Source: Eledone cirrhosa
Taxonomy: Eukaryota
Reading direction: 5' to 3'
Assembly: GCA_964016885.1 (NCBI GenBank)
Contig: OZ024742.1
Location: forward strand, 35,278,001-35,342,000
DNA length: 64,000 bases
Positions 26,501 to 39,204 of the stretch are shown here, piece after piece. Numbering within the stretch: the stretch's first letter is position 1; every line of letters starts with the position of its first letter. Under the pieces are notes generated by a model. It saw only the letters and a program-made list of their open reading frames with translations, had not been told where the DNA came from and did not search any database. The translations under genes and the position numbers were made by a program.

Positions 26501-26996
26501 GAGACTCTTGCACCCTCCTTCCCTATCCACTAATCCCACACAATCCCAGCGTGCATCTAAGATCCCGTTCCAGTCGCCCACTAACACTAAAGAGTGGGAC
26601 GTTCCAAGAAAGGTCTCCAGACGCCGGAAGAAATCAGGCCGCCCTGCTCCTGTCGGGGCATAGACGGCCACTAACCTGAAAGCTTGCCCGTCTCCGCTGG
26701 TCACGTCCAGCACCACCAACTTATCTTCTGGGTCCAGGAAGATGGCCCGTATGGCAAGATCCAAACCTCTCCGAAAAAGCACAGCAACTCCTCCCCCCGA
26801 TCCCGGACGGCTGGGAGATGCGTACACATCGTAGCCGCCGAAGATCGGTGCGAAAGCCTGTGCTTCGGAGATTCTGGTCTCGCTGATGGCCACTACATCT
26901 ATGTTTAGTGACCTGAGGTCGTTGAGCAGGTGGCCCTGCTTCCATGACGACCCCAAGCCACGCGCATTTATGCTGCCTATTCTGAGTGAGGTCATG
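23573..26996 (-). pseudogene. Tx1 ORF2 (APE-RT-zinc motif) with two in-frame nonsense codons
   Basis: One frame from MTSLRIGSINARG to the C-terminus, interrupted by TGA (about 25901, plausibly from CGA) and TAG (about 23816; GAG in the related copy at about 56376). Confidence 0.85.
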
Positions 26997-27512
26997 TTGA
27001 AAAGGAGTGGAAAAGATGGGAAAGACCACTTACCTTCTCGTAGAGGAAGGACGGTTTTTCCATCCTTTTCACTGCTTGTGGCCTCCTCAGGAAGGATGTC
27101 CTTATAAATCCTCCTGGAGAGTGCTTGTCGGAAGTCTCCGATGTCTTTGGGGAATTTTTGTTTTAGTATCATGTACGTTTTCTGTGTGATGCGAGTGATT
27201 TGTATGTGTGGAGGTGGTGTGAATTTTGGGGTTGTTGTGTAGTCTTTTTCTGTAATGCTGGTGTTGTGTTGGATGTAGTGTAATAATTGCTTGTTCAAAT
27301 TTAATGCTGTGTAGTGTGTATCGTTTTGGTTGTTTTGTTTTGTTTGCGTTTGTTGTGGGTTTGTTTCTGTTTCGCATTTTGGTGACTTTTGTGGTGTAGG
27401 TGATGGTGGTGTTGGAGTTAATGATGGTGATGGTGTTGGTGTTTGGGTTGATGGGGTTGGTGATGCTGGTGTGGATGGTGGCATATCTGTCCTAACTTTT
27501 TTGTTTCTTAGT

Positions 27513-29028
27513 TTATTTGTTTCCCTCTGTATTTTGTTTTTGGAGGGGGAAGGAAGAGAATTTTTTTCTTTTTTGGTTTCTTTTTGTTTTTCCGGATATC
27601 GTTTCCCACTCCTCGTCGTCACAATCTGTCTCCAGTTGTGATAGGCCGGGGAGTGGAAAATCCTCCACAGCCGTTAGTTTTGGTTGTGGTGTGGTGGATG
27701 GTGTAGGCACTGGTGCTAGTTCTGAAGCGTTGGGTGGTGGTGGTGTTGGTGTTGGTTTTGCTGGTGGTGGTAGTGGTGTTGGTTTTGCTACTGTTGCTGG
27801 GGTTGTTGCTGTTATAGTTGCTTCTGTTGTTGCTGCTACAGTTGTTGCTGCCATCTCTGCTACTGGTGGTGTTGATGGTTGTGTCACTGGGGTGGGTAGG
27901 AGAGGTGGCCTCAACCTTTTAGCCTGAGGGCAGAAAGCCCTTAGGTGGGTTCCTTCACCACAAACGACACACCTAGGTCTTCTGCCCTCGACAATTACCG
28001 TGAGGTGGCTGCCGTCAGTGAGGTCTATTACCTCTGGGATCTCCTCAATGCTTTTTTGGTCCGCTTGGATTAGGAGCTCCATCCCAGATCCGGACCAGTT
28101 TTCCTGCTTTTCTTTTGCTATTGCTATTATTTTCGTGTTGGCTTCGATGCCGGCGAGGACAGCCGCTATTAGCCAGGGAATTTCGATGGCCGGTGGAACG
28201 TGGGTCACCCTGATCTTTACGAGTCTCTGGCCACAATAGCTTGGGACGAGTGTGAAGTCGTCACTTTTTAATGGGGCCATGGAGTGTTCTCTAGCCTCCT
28301 CTGGTGTTTCAAAGAACACATCCACGGTTCCATACTTTTTCCCACGTCTGATGTGGGTTTTTCTTGCCCACACATGTCCCAAAGCTTTTTGGATTTGGGA
28401 CTCGGATGCCCGTTCCACTCGGCACGATTTTACATTTATTGTTCTATATGACACGGTGCATAGGCGCCGATGCTCCATTTTATTAGGTGGGGGGGGGGGT
28501 GAGGCTGACCCTGTACCCATCTTTCTTTACCATTTGTTTGGCATTTTCTAAATCCTCTTGAGTTACCGTGAATGCTGCGAACTGTTTTGCTACTATGGCG
28601 AAACTGAGGGTCGGTTTTATAATGTCATTGTTGTTGTTGCTATCGTTATTTGTGTTAATATTAATTTTAGTTTCAGTTGTGGTGGTGATGACGTCAGTCG
28701 TCTTTGGTGCGGAAGAGTCCGTTTTGCTTGATTTCATTTCGACATCACGAGTTAATTTATTTTTTCTTCTTTTGTTTCTGTTGTCGCGGTGGTGGTGGGG
28801 GTGGTGGTTGTCGCGGTGGTGGTGGTGGTGGTGGAGGCTTTAACACCTGCAGTCATTGGTAATGGCGGGAAATGAATGTCTGCCTGAGACAAATTTAAAA
28901 TATTGCTACTGCTTATATTTTTTTTTGTGTTGGCAAACGTAGTAACATTTACAATGGTGGTGTCAGTGTGAGGTGTTATTTTGTGAGGAAGGCTTTCAGC
29001 TGCTTCGTGCAGAGGGGAATTAGCCATT
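27513..29028 (-). pseudogene. Tx1 ORF1 (nucleic-acid chaperone, zinc knuckle), frameshifted
   Basis: Segments MANSPLHE..., MKSSKTD... and ...PPPPNKMEHRR...CVVCGEGTHLRAFC join across frameshifts, one in the G-run at about 28488-28499. Confidence 0.7.
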
Positions 29029-29879
29029 TTTTTCAAAGAAATTTTTGGATAATAATAAAAGTTAAAATTTTGGGCACAAGGCCCCAATCTTTTTGGGTGT
29101 CCTTTTCGGAAAACAATGTATGTGTGCTTATAAACAGTTAACAATAAAATTTTCCATAAATGGCAATTTTTAACAAACGGAAAAAACAAACCTTTGCGGA
29201 GCTCACGATGATACGATTTACTACGTAGGTCGCCAATAATAATAATAATAATAATAACAATAATTACAAATATAATAATTGAAAATGAGAAAATTCTGAT
29301 AGATCAATATTTTGTTTCAGATTTCAACTTTGTATCTTGAAACTAATAAAAATGAAAGTTAGGAAGGGAAACAATAAAATAAAATAAACTTAAAATATTT
29401 TCACCGAATTATGAACAAATGCAAGGATTTTTAAGAGAGTTTTTAGTTTCATTCAAATAGATGTTTTGTTTAGGTGGCATTAATAATATTATTATTATTA
29501 TTATTATTGTTCTTTGAGTCTCAGTCATTGATGTTAGTTAACTGGAAAGTTTGTTGAAATGAATATCAAGCCACTACCTGCAGCCTCAGATATTCTTATT
29601 TATTATTATTATTGACTTCTGAAGCGAAAGCACGCTTCGCATCAGCTCTGTTAAATTTCCAATTTTTTTTTTTTTATTTTTCAACCGACTCTAACCTTTT
29701 GATGGAGTTTTAAACTTGACAAGAGTTTGGAGGAACTGACCTGCTTGTCACAGGTGGTGCAGTCATGTTCACTTGAATCCCCTACACTCACACCTTTACG
29801 GGAGCGGGTGTCGACTGTTAATTTTCAGAAAAAAAAATTATAACATGGACACCACTGGTAAGAAGGGATAACAGTGAAA

Positions 29880-30256
29880 TATCTCATATATATGTATATA
29901 TATGTATCATCATCATCATCATATATGTATGTATGTATATATATATATAAGTATATATATTTATATATGACTATATATATATGTATATATATATATGTAT
30001 ATGTATATATATATATATGTATATATATATGTGTATATATATGTATATATATATGTATATATATATAAAATACGTAGTTAAGAAAGCCACAACAATGCAG
30101 AGGGAAATCTTGAGGTAGGAAGTGAATGATAGATAGGAGAAACAGGTGAAAGTGAAAATTGACAGAGACAAAGATGAAAACAAAACAGAGGTAGAAGGGT
30201 TACCGTAGTGGAGATTATATATATATGTATATATATGTATATATTATATATATATG

Positions 30257-30309
<53 letters not shown>

Positions 30310-30531
30310 CTATATATATATATATATATATCTATATATATATATGTATATATATATGTATATATATGTATATATATATATATGTATATATATATATGTA
30401 TATATATATGTATATATATGTATATATATATAATATATATGTATATATATGTATATATATATATATATAATATATATGTATATATATGTATATATATATA
30501 TATATAATATATATGTATATATATGTATGTA

Positions 30532-30563
<32 letters not shown>

Positions 30564-30618
30564 CATACATATACATACATATGCATATACATGTATGATG
30601 ATGATGATGATACATATG

Positions 30619-30649
<31 letters not shown>

Positions 30650-30798
30650 GTATATATGTATATATATGTATATATATATATGTATATATATATATGTATA
30701 TATATGTATATATATATATGTATATATATATCTATATATATATGTATATATATCTATATATATATATGTATATATATCTATATATATATGTATATATA

Positions 30799-30851
<53 letters not shown>

Positions 30852-30870
30852 GTATATATATATATGTATA

Positions 30871-30957
<87 letters not shown>

Positions 30958-31062
30958 GTATATATATATATATATATATCTATATATATGTATATATATG
31001 TATATATATATATATATATATCTATATATATGTATATATGTGTATGTATATATATACATATA
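29880..31062. repeat. Very long compound (TA)n/(TATG)n tracts
   Basis: Directly visible, with a short unique insert at about 30070-30210. Confidence 0.95.
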
Positions 31063-32127
31063 GATTGTACATGTGGCCAGTGCTCTGGTGCAATAAGTAG
31101 CAGCAAGTGCCCACAAAATACTAGCTCTTTCAATTGCGCAGAGGGTTCTATAGAAATAGTGGACAGCTTCCGTTACCTGGGTGACAAAATCAGCAGTGGG
31201 GGAGGGTGCTCTGAAAGTACAGTAGCTAGAGTCAGAACTGGATGGAAAAAGTTCAGAGAGCTTATACCATTATTAGCCGTTAAAGGGTTCTCTCTAAAAA
31301 TGAAAGGCAGGTTGTATGATGCCTGCATACGAACAGCAATGTTGCATGGCAGTGAGACCTGGGCATTGTGTGCAGAGGATATACGCAGACTAGAGAGGAA
31401 CGAAGCTTGCATGCTCCGCTGGATGTGTAATAGTAACATACGTGAACGGCAAAGCATAAGCGAACTAAGGAAAAAATTAGAAATAAGAGGGATCAGATGT
31501 TGTTTACTCAAGAGAAGGCTACGTTGGTATGGTCACGTGATGCGCATGAAAGACGACAGCTGTATAACAAAGTGCAGGGCAATAAAGATAGACGGTAGCT
31601 ACGGAGTAGGCAGACCCAGAAAAACCTGGGACGAGCTGATAAATTCCGACCTCACACACTTACACCTCTCCAAGACAATGTCACTGGACCGAGACCTTTG
31701 GCGGTATTCAGTAATAGAGAAGACCCGCCTTACCTAAATACAAAGTAAAACCTACTACAGTCAGTAGGCATCTCTAACAAAATACACCCCCGTCCCACCA
31801 CCACCACCCCCATCCACACCACCCCCTCCTATGTAAAGTTATGTTGGTGCCACAACATCCAGGCCGAAACAAATGAGATCGTGTAGGTATCACGACAAAA
31901 AAACACACAGTCCACGCTGTAATGTGGCCGTGTAGGCAACACGGTAAAAACCTCCCAGCCCCACACTGTAAATGTGGTTGGTGTTAGGAAGGGCATCCAG
32001 CTGTAGAAAACCCGCCAGACAGTCCTATGCGAGCAAGACAATCACTCTTGCCTCAAGTGGGAAAACCCCCGTCCAAACCCATGCAAGCGTGGAACACGGA
32101 CGTTAAACGATGATGATGATGATGATG
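31063..32127 (+). mobile_element. Second, more truncated copy of the PHD-RTE LINE, embedded in (TA)n
   Basis: Near-identical to 22010-23190 apart from the 3'UTR duplication. (GAT)n tail. Long (TA)n on both sides. Confidence 0.93.
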
Positions 32128-32208
<81 letters not shown>

Positions 32209-32209
32209 G

Positions 32210-32296
<87 letters not shown>

Positions 32297-32297
32297 G

Positions 32298-32346
<49 letters not shown>

Positions 32347-32389
32347 GTATATATATATATGTATATATATATATGTATATATATATATG

Positions 32390-32421
<32 letters not shown>

Positions 32422-32521
32422 TATGTATACATGTATATATATGTATATATATATATATATATATGTATACATGTATATATATGTATATATATATATGTAT
32501 ATATATGTATATATATATATG

Positions 32522-32600
<79 letters not shown>

Positions 32601-32625
32601 GTATATATATGCATGTATATATATG

Positions 32626-32663
<38 letters not shown>

Positions 32664-32763
32664 TGTATTTTATTTTATATATATGTATGTATATATATAT
32701 GTATTTTATTTTATATATATGTATGTATATATATATGTATTTTATATATATATATATATATAT
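32128..32763. repeat. Compound (TA)n tract
   Basis: Directly visible. Confidence 0.95.
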
Positions 32764-33449
32764 AGAAAAAGAGAAAAAGGGGGAGAAAGAGCATTCCTGT
32801 CAAAAACTGCAGCGGAGATGATGGAAGACAGTGTCTCTTAATGGAGACAAAAGCAAAACAACAAAACCATATTATTTTAAATTATACGGTTTTTTAATAC
32901 AGTAAATAAAAATATCGTGAACACAACTAGCAAGAATAACAACAGCAATAACAACAATAATGAAAACAGCAATAACAACAAAAACAGCAGCAATGAAATT
33001 GAAAAAGACAATAACAGACACAATTATAACAATGAAAACATCGACAACAATAACAGCAACAACAACAACGAGCCAGCAATTCAACCAAAAATGCCAGGAC
33101 TAGCAGTGAGATATCTTTCGCTGGTGCTACAAAATCTTTTTTGCAATGAATCGTCTACTCCTAGGAAGAAGTAAAGTAAGCTAGAGTGCTGTTGGAAAGA
33201 GCCGACCATACAGTCAACCTCAACACCCCTAGAGACACCAATCAAAATATGGTGTATCACACAGTACCCCATTATTATTGGATTAACCCCTTAGCATTTA
33301 CATTACTCTATATTTACTATTGTATTTTCATGGAAATGGTTTTATCTCACATAATATCCAATCTATAAGATTTTGATATTATTTATTTGGGGAACAACAC
33401 TTTAACATAAGTATGAGTGGCTGGTTGTGGCCGATTTTAATGTTAAAGA

Positions 33450-33980
33450 GTTAAAACCTAGAAAAGTGGAGAGAGCATCAGAAACACAAATTAAAAAAAA
33501 AACCTACATACAAAGGAGCAGGGCTTTTGGCACGGTGGAGGTGAGATTTGCAAAAGATCTCATTCCCTACAACCCTTACAAAATGACAAGATCCTACTAG
33601 TCTCTTATTACTGCAGACAGGGACTGGTAAGGTTCTGCATACAACAGGTACCACCTGAAATAACCATTGATAGACATGGAGGAAAACTAGTTAAGGTTAA
33701 GGGTGGAAATTTTCATCGAAACCAGTCAAAGGAATGTGGATACAATTCCTGAACAGTTACATCTCCCAGACAGCATCATCCTACCCATTAGGGTAGAAGG
33801 AACGAAGGCCAAGAGCCGGAAAGCAACAGACACATATTCATACACCTACACCTCCACCACAACTAGCAACCTCACCACCATCAACACCACAACAGACACC
33901 AACAACATCCCAAGCAAAACCAAACCCACATCCACAACAACAACAACAGGATACAAACATCACACACTACACAGCAATGA
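33450..33980 (+). mobile_element. Degenerate Tx1 ORF1 fragment
   Basis: KVERASETQIK...GTVEVRF...QVPPEI...EIFIETSQRNVDTIPEQLHLPDSIILPIRVEG resembles RVERASESQIQK...GTVDVFF...HVPPAI...ELLIQADQKSIEEIPEVIDLTDGSHLTVIVEG of the 23-29 kb element. Confidence 0.7.
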
Positions 33981-34104
33981 ATAAGTTTTTATAATGTGTT
34001 GTGTATATGTTCATTTCACATGTGCTTTTATGCATATTCTGCTTATATGTTTGTGTATGTTTCTTTCACTCTATTCCATTTGGCTAATGTTTGTTTTTCC
34101 CCAG

Positions 34105-34218
34105 GTATTAACTGCTGAGGAACTTGATCAAGCAAAGAAATCCATTGCCTATGGTTGTATCAAGTATGCGGACTTATCCAAAAATTGTACTCACGATTAT
34201 GTCTTCTCTTTTGACCGG
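34105..34218 (+). CDS. RARS1: Arginyl-tRNA synthetase coding exon
   Basis: ccccag acceptor, cgg|gtaagc donor, 114 nt. [38 protein letters not shown] contains the ArgRS motif [11 protein letters not shown]. Confidence 0.96.
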
Positions 34219-35128
34219 GTAAGCCAAATCAACCATCATTGTCATTACAAATATATCTCCTGTTGTTGTTTAGCCAGAGTTTATCTTTGCTTGAACAGAC
34301 TTATGACCAAAGCTATTCAATCTGTGATCAGCCCATCATATTTTTATGTGCATTAAAACCATGTCTTTCTTTCTTCCCCATGTTAATAGGGTGTAATTTA
34401 AGGGAGATTTGACAGCTATTTCCAGCAGGTTGAGCAAGCATCACATAAAAGCTCCTCCATAGGATTATCTTAAGCCAATGTTTATAATAATTTGCCTATG
34501 TTTGAAACCTTTATTACAAAATAATACCATTATTGCTGATAGGAAGGACAATCAACTGTAGAAATATTTAAAAAATGGAACATATGTGCCAAACATTAAC
34601 CTGCACTGAATAAAACCATGGTGATACAGCTAGTCTGCTGACACAGACTGGCTGGATCATGACTACATTATCCATGGGCTTTGTCTTCCTCCCTTTTTTC
34701 CACCCTATCACCAATGTCAAAGGGCCATGGTTGCTGCCCATCCTCCTCCAACTAAACCAAATGAAAGTCTAAAGGAAGGACAATATTCATAATATCCACA
34801 GGCTCCAAATTTAATGATAGATCAATGTGTTTATGTTGATAATGTCTGAACATAGATATCTCGGTTTAAAACATCTCTACTGGGAACTAATTATTGGCTC
34901 ATTGAAAATGAATAAAGATAAGCTATAATATTAATTAACTAAAAAATGTTCATATGATTTTAAATGAAACTTGTCAGATACTACCTTGTAATATTATTTT
35001 CTCCAGCAACTTAGACAGGGAGGGAAGGGGTGTAACTGTCACTCTTTGTTTTTGCCTCTCAGATAATGTTGTTTTTGTTACTCACTTAATTAATGTGTCT
35101 TTGTCGTTCACCCACTCTTTGACAACAG

Positions 35129-35187
35129 ATGCTGGATGATCGTGGTAACACAGCAGCATATTTGTTGTATGCCTACACAAGAATACG
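35129..35187 (+). CDS. RARS1: Arginyl-tRNA synthetase coding exon
   Basis: caacag acceptor, cg|gtaagt donor, 59 nt. MLDDRGNTAAYLLYAYTRIR contains the conserved ArgRS GNTAAYL motif. Confidence 0.96.
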
Positions 35188-35745
35188 GTAAGTTCTCTAA
35201 CCATTGCTTACCTTCCCACTCCATGCTGCCCCTCACAGAAGTTAATCTTAATCTGTTGGAAACACATAGTAACAGAAGAGATTGTATTAATTTGGATGCC
35301 TTTCTCTATCTGTCTACCTATCTCCTCTCTCTCTCTACCTATCTCCTCTCTCTCTCTCTCCCTCTGCTTTCATCTCCACTATATTTCAGTTTCTTTCACC
35401 CTCTCTCTCTCTCTCTTATAAAATGGTTGGAGTTAGGAAGGGCATCCAGCCATAAAACCATGCCAAAATATGAAACATATGGTCAAGACATGGATCCCTG
35501 ACCAGTCAAGTTGTGGACTGTAGCCACCCATCCAACCTTTGCCAACATGAAAAGCAGACATGAAATGATGAAGGTGATGATATATCATTTTACATCCATT
35601 TTTCTTTGCTGGCAAGTCAATACATAATTGGAGCTACTATCCTAGACAGGCTGGGAGCCACATCTCCTTCCAGTTTTGGAAGGTTAAATATATCATCATC
35701 ACCATTTTACGTCCATTTTTCCATGCTAGCATGGGTTATATATAT

Positions 35746-36565
35746 AAGGTCACAGAAAGTGTCATAGCACAGCTGATTAGGGAACGAGTTAATCTAGATG
35801 AGATGCAGTTTGGATTTGTACCAGGTAAAAGTACAATGGTTGCCCTCTCCCTTGTAAGACAACTGCAGGAGAAATACCTAGCTAAAGGTAAATCCCTCTT
35901 TTGTAGACCTGGAGAAAGCTTTTGACAGAGTCCCCTGTTCCTTTATCTGGTGGGCTCTTAGAAAATTTGGAGTAGACGAGTGGTTTGTGAAGACAGTGCA
36001 AGCATTGTATAGAGGAACAGTCAGTAAGGTCAGAATTAACAATGACTACAACAAAGAATTTAGCATGCAGCTTGGTGTCCAACAGGGCTCAGTTCTTAGC
36101 CCTTTCCTGTTTATTATCGTCCTGCAGACAATAACAGAGGAGTTTAAGACTGGCTATCCATGGGAACTCCTGTATACAGATGACCTAACCCGTATAACTG
36201 AATCTATAGTTGAATTAGAGATGAAATTCTGAACCTGGAAACACAGCCTAGAATGAAAAGGTCTTAAAGTCATCTTGGCAAAAACTAAAGTCCTAGTAAG
36301 TAGAAAAAAAAACAAGGCCCAGATCTCCTCAAGGAAATGGCCCTGCTCAGTGTGCAAAAAAAAAGGGTAGGTAGACATTCCATCCCAAATGCAAAATATG
36401 GGTACACAAGAGATGTAGTGGGATCTCAGGCAGCCATAGAAACGAAGCCCAAATCAGTTCCGTATAAGTGAAACATGGTCCTCTGACCTGGATCTCTCAC
36501 AATAGGACAGGCCGTCCTACCTATGCTAACGTGGAAAATGGACATTTAACAATGATGATAATGAT
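35746..36565 (+). mobile_element. Older, internally deleted PHD-RTE LINE copy
   Basis: VIAQLIRERVNLDEMQFGF...QQGSVLSP...LLYTDD with frameshifts and stops, then an RTE 3' end. Confidence 0.85.
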
Positions 36566-37988
36566 AATTGTATTATTAGAACTGTTGGGCTGGTTATGAA
36601 TTTTGAATGCTGTACACTTTTTTCCCGTCTCTAGGGGATTATGCCCAATTTGTTAGGCTATTTTTCATAGTCAATACCTGCATTGAAGCTGTTAACTTTA
36701 AGCTAACATACAGTCAAAAGATAATATATATGTTTCTCTTTTCTTCACTCTATTGTTTGTGCTTTGATGAATCAAAAAGTGTAAATAGGAATGCAATGTC
36801 CAGATGTTATTGTTGTTGTTACTGCTGTTATTCTATCTTCTGATGTTATTGTAGTTGTTACAGTTGATGTTGGTGTAGTGGTGGTTCAGATTTTTCTTTA
36901 TTACTGATGTATCAGTTGTTGTACTTCTGTTGTTATTGTTGTTATTGCCACTTGTTGTAATACTTTAAGCAACAAGAGCGCCACTACACCAAAACAGCAT
37001 AAACAGTCGTTTACTACTGCAGCTGAAGTTTGTCACAGGAAGAAATGCTAAATCTATTTAACAAGTTTTCACTAATTTTCCTCTCACTATTGGGTAGATG
37101 ATAGGCTGTGTGTATCCTTATTGGTAATTGTGAATGTGCATGTATTTGTAATTGTTTCTAGGTGTCTGTGATTGTATGTATGCGTGTGTGTTTGTACATT
37201 ATATATGACTGTCTCTTTAGTGTACCTGTTATCTGTGTATATATGTGTGAGTGTGCATGTGAATATTTGTGAGTAGCTGATGGATGTGCACGTCTGTGTG
37301 TGTGTGCATGCAAAGTGGTTAGAAATAGGAAGGGCATCCAGCCATAGAACACTTGCCAAACAAAGGGTCAGGAGAACTCTTCAGCTGTGTCAAAGACATG
37401 ACAGCCTTCCTAGTGCTGGTGCCACAATAAAATTCACTCAGTAGAGCATGGGAATGTTTTGTAAGTGCGATGCGAGTCCCCCCACCCCAACTCAAACGAG
37501 CACTCAGTAGAGTGCAGGAATGTAAATAGCACAATGCAGCCTTCCTATCTATCTAAAAGGACAGTAGCTCACTTGTGTACTTAATCAGTCTGTGACAACC
37601 CATCCAACTGCTGCTAGCAGGGAGAATCAACATTAAATGATGATATGTGTAGTGTGCCTGTTATATGTGTATATGCATGTTGTGTATTTGATTATGTGTA
37701 GTGTGTGTGTGTTAGTGCATGTGTGTAATCTAAGCCCTTTTGATTCCAGACCATCAGAAACCATCTTTTGTTCTCTGATACAAAACTATTATTAATCAAT
37801 CAATAGATCACACTGCTTGCATGGATTCCCTTGACTCTCTGTCACCATCCTATTCTATTGTTCTAGTATTATTAAATCGCACACAAATTTTTGATGATTT
37901 TGTGACTTTCATTAGAAATATGGTATTGAAAAGGTTATATGTTCTATGAATTAATTGTTGTATCATGTAATGTCATGTTTTCTTATAG

Positions 37989-38071
37989 GTCAGTAGCGCC
38001 ATCTTGGCCAGGTCTCAAAAGTGAGACTACAAGAAGCCATCAGCTGTAATATTGACTTGAATGATGTGTTA
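37989..38071 (+). pseudogene. Degenerate duplicate of the 5' part of RARS1 exon 38207-38454 (pseudoexon)
   Basis: ttatag|gtcagtagcgccatcttggccaggtctcaaaagtgagactacaagaagccatcagctgtaatattgacttg aligns with ctatag|gtctatagcccgtcttgcccaggtctccaaagagaagctccaaaaggaagcagtcagttgtactattgattta. It has a +1 insertion and is followed by gtgagt. Confidence 0.8.
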
Positions 38072-38206
38072 GTGAGTGTCTGAATGTGTACGAGTATGTA
38101 TATACATGAAAGTGTGTTTATTTGTATATGTCTACAAATATGTATAGGTATGTATGTATGAAAGCATGTTGTTATGTCATATAATGTATTTTCCATTGTC
38201 CTATAG

Positions 38207-38454
38207 GTCTATAGCCCGTCTTGCCCAGGTCTCCAAAGAGAAGCTCCAAAAGGAAGCAGTCAGTTGTACTATTGATTTAAGCCATGAGAAGGAGTGGAAA
38301 TTGGCCAAGTGTATTATGAGGTTTGCTGATGTTATCCAGAAGGTTCTTTCTGACCTCCTCCTTCATTCTGTCTGTGACTATGTCTATGAGTTGGCCACAG
38401 TCTTTACAGAGTTCTATGACCAATGTTACTGTATTGAGAAAGACCGCACCACAG
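38207..38454 (+). CDS. RARS1: Arginyl-tRNA synthetase coding exon (DALR anticodon-binding domain)
   Basis: ctatag acceptor, acag|gtacag donor, 248 nt. Translates [17 protein letters not shown]...[14 protein letters not shown]...[17 protein letters not shown]. Confidence 0.96.
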
Positions 38455-38514
38455 GTACAGAGTTTGTTATTTGAGATTTTGTGAGATTTTTTGTAGGGGG
38501 AACAGTGGAAGAAT

Positions 38515-38931
38515 TAATGTTTGTAGTGGTTGTGGTGGGAGCAGTTATGTTTGTAGTGGTTGTAGTGGGAGTGGTGGGAGCAGTGATGTTTGTAGTGGGA
38601 GTGGTGGGAACAGTGATGTTTGTAGTGGGTGGGAACAGTGATGTTTGTAGTGGTTGTGGTGGGAACAGTGATGTTTGTAGTGGTTGTGGTGGGAGCAGTG
38701 ATGTTTGTAGTGGTTGTGGTGGGAGCAGTGATGTTTGTAGTGGTTGTGGTGGGAGCAGTGATGTTTGTAGTGGTTGTGGTGGGAGCAGTGATGTTTGTAG
38801 TGGTTGTGGTGGGAGCAGTGATGTTTGTAGTGGTTGTGGTGGGAGCAGTGATGTTTGTAGTGGTTGTGGTGGGAGCAGTGATGTTTGTAGTGGTTGTGGT
38901 GGGAGCAGTGATGTTTGTAGTGGTTGTGGTG
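38515..38931. repeat. 30-bp minisatellite (GATGTTTGTAGTGGTTGTGGTGGGAGCAGT) in the last RARS1 intron
   Basis: About 13 tandem units. Confidence 0.95.
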
Positions 38932-39003
38932 TTTTTATTTATGTACATTATCTGATTTGAACCTGACTTACTCTGGTTTCATGTTTTTTGGGTGTTTTTT
39001 CAG

Positions 39004-39113
39004 GGGAAATAATTAAAGTAAACATGAGTCGTTTGCTGCTCTGTGAAGCCACTGCCAATGTAATTCACACCGTATTCAACATCCTGGGTATCCAACCTGT
39101 AAGCAAGATGTAA
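39004..39113 (+). CDS. RARS1: Arginyl-tRNA synthetase terminal coding exon
   Basis: tttcag acceptor. (G)EIIKVNMSRLLLCEATANVIHTVFNILGIQPVSKM-TAA ends in the characteristic ArgRS C-terminal Met. Confidence 0.96.
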
Positions 39114-39204
39114 AGCTAATGCTGAAGAGGGGACCATTCCTATCCACCACAATACACATATACAATAATATAAGATGGTGTCTATCATGTCCTCACGATT
39201 TCTA

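Larger units (their letters stand above)
23332..29234 (-). mobile_element. Near full-length Tx1/L1-clade LINE inserted in an (AAT)n microsatellite
   Basis: ORF1 with CxxCx4Hx4C knuckle (CVVCGEGTHLRAFC). APE endonuclease (SINARG, SET, VGDWN, YLDR, TDH), RT (KSPGLDG, DQSKAFDRV, RQGCPLS, YADD) and C-terminal CPRC...ETVLHALVQC. AATAAA at the 3' end. (AAT)n on both sides. Confidence 0.95.

Noticed and set aside
29874-32841. Many IYIY/YMYI ORFs
   Set aside because: Translations of (TA)n tracts. Only the RTE portion (31063-31737) is of real coding origin.
38481-38960. Cys/Gly repeat ORF (DVCSGCGGSS)n
   Set aside because: 30-bp intronic VNTR between two well-defined RARS1 exons; open in several frames.
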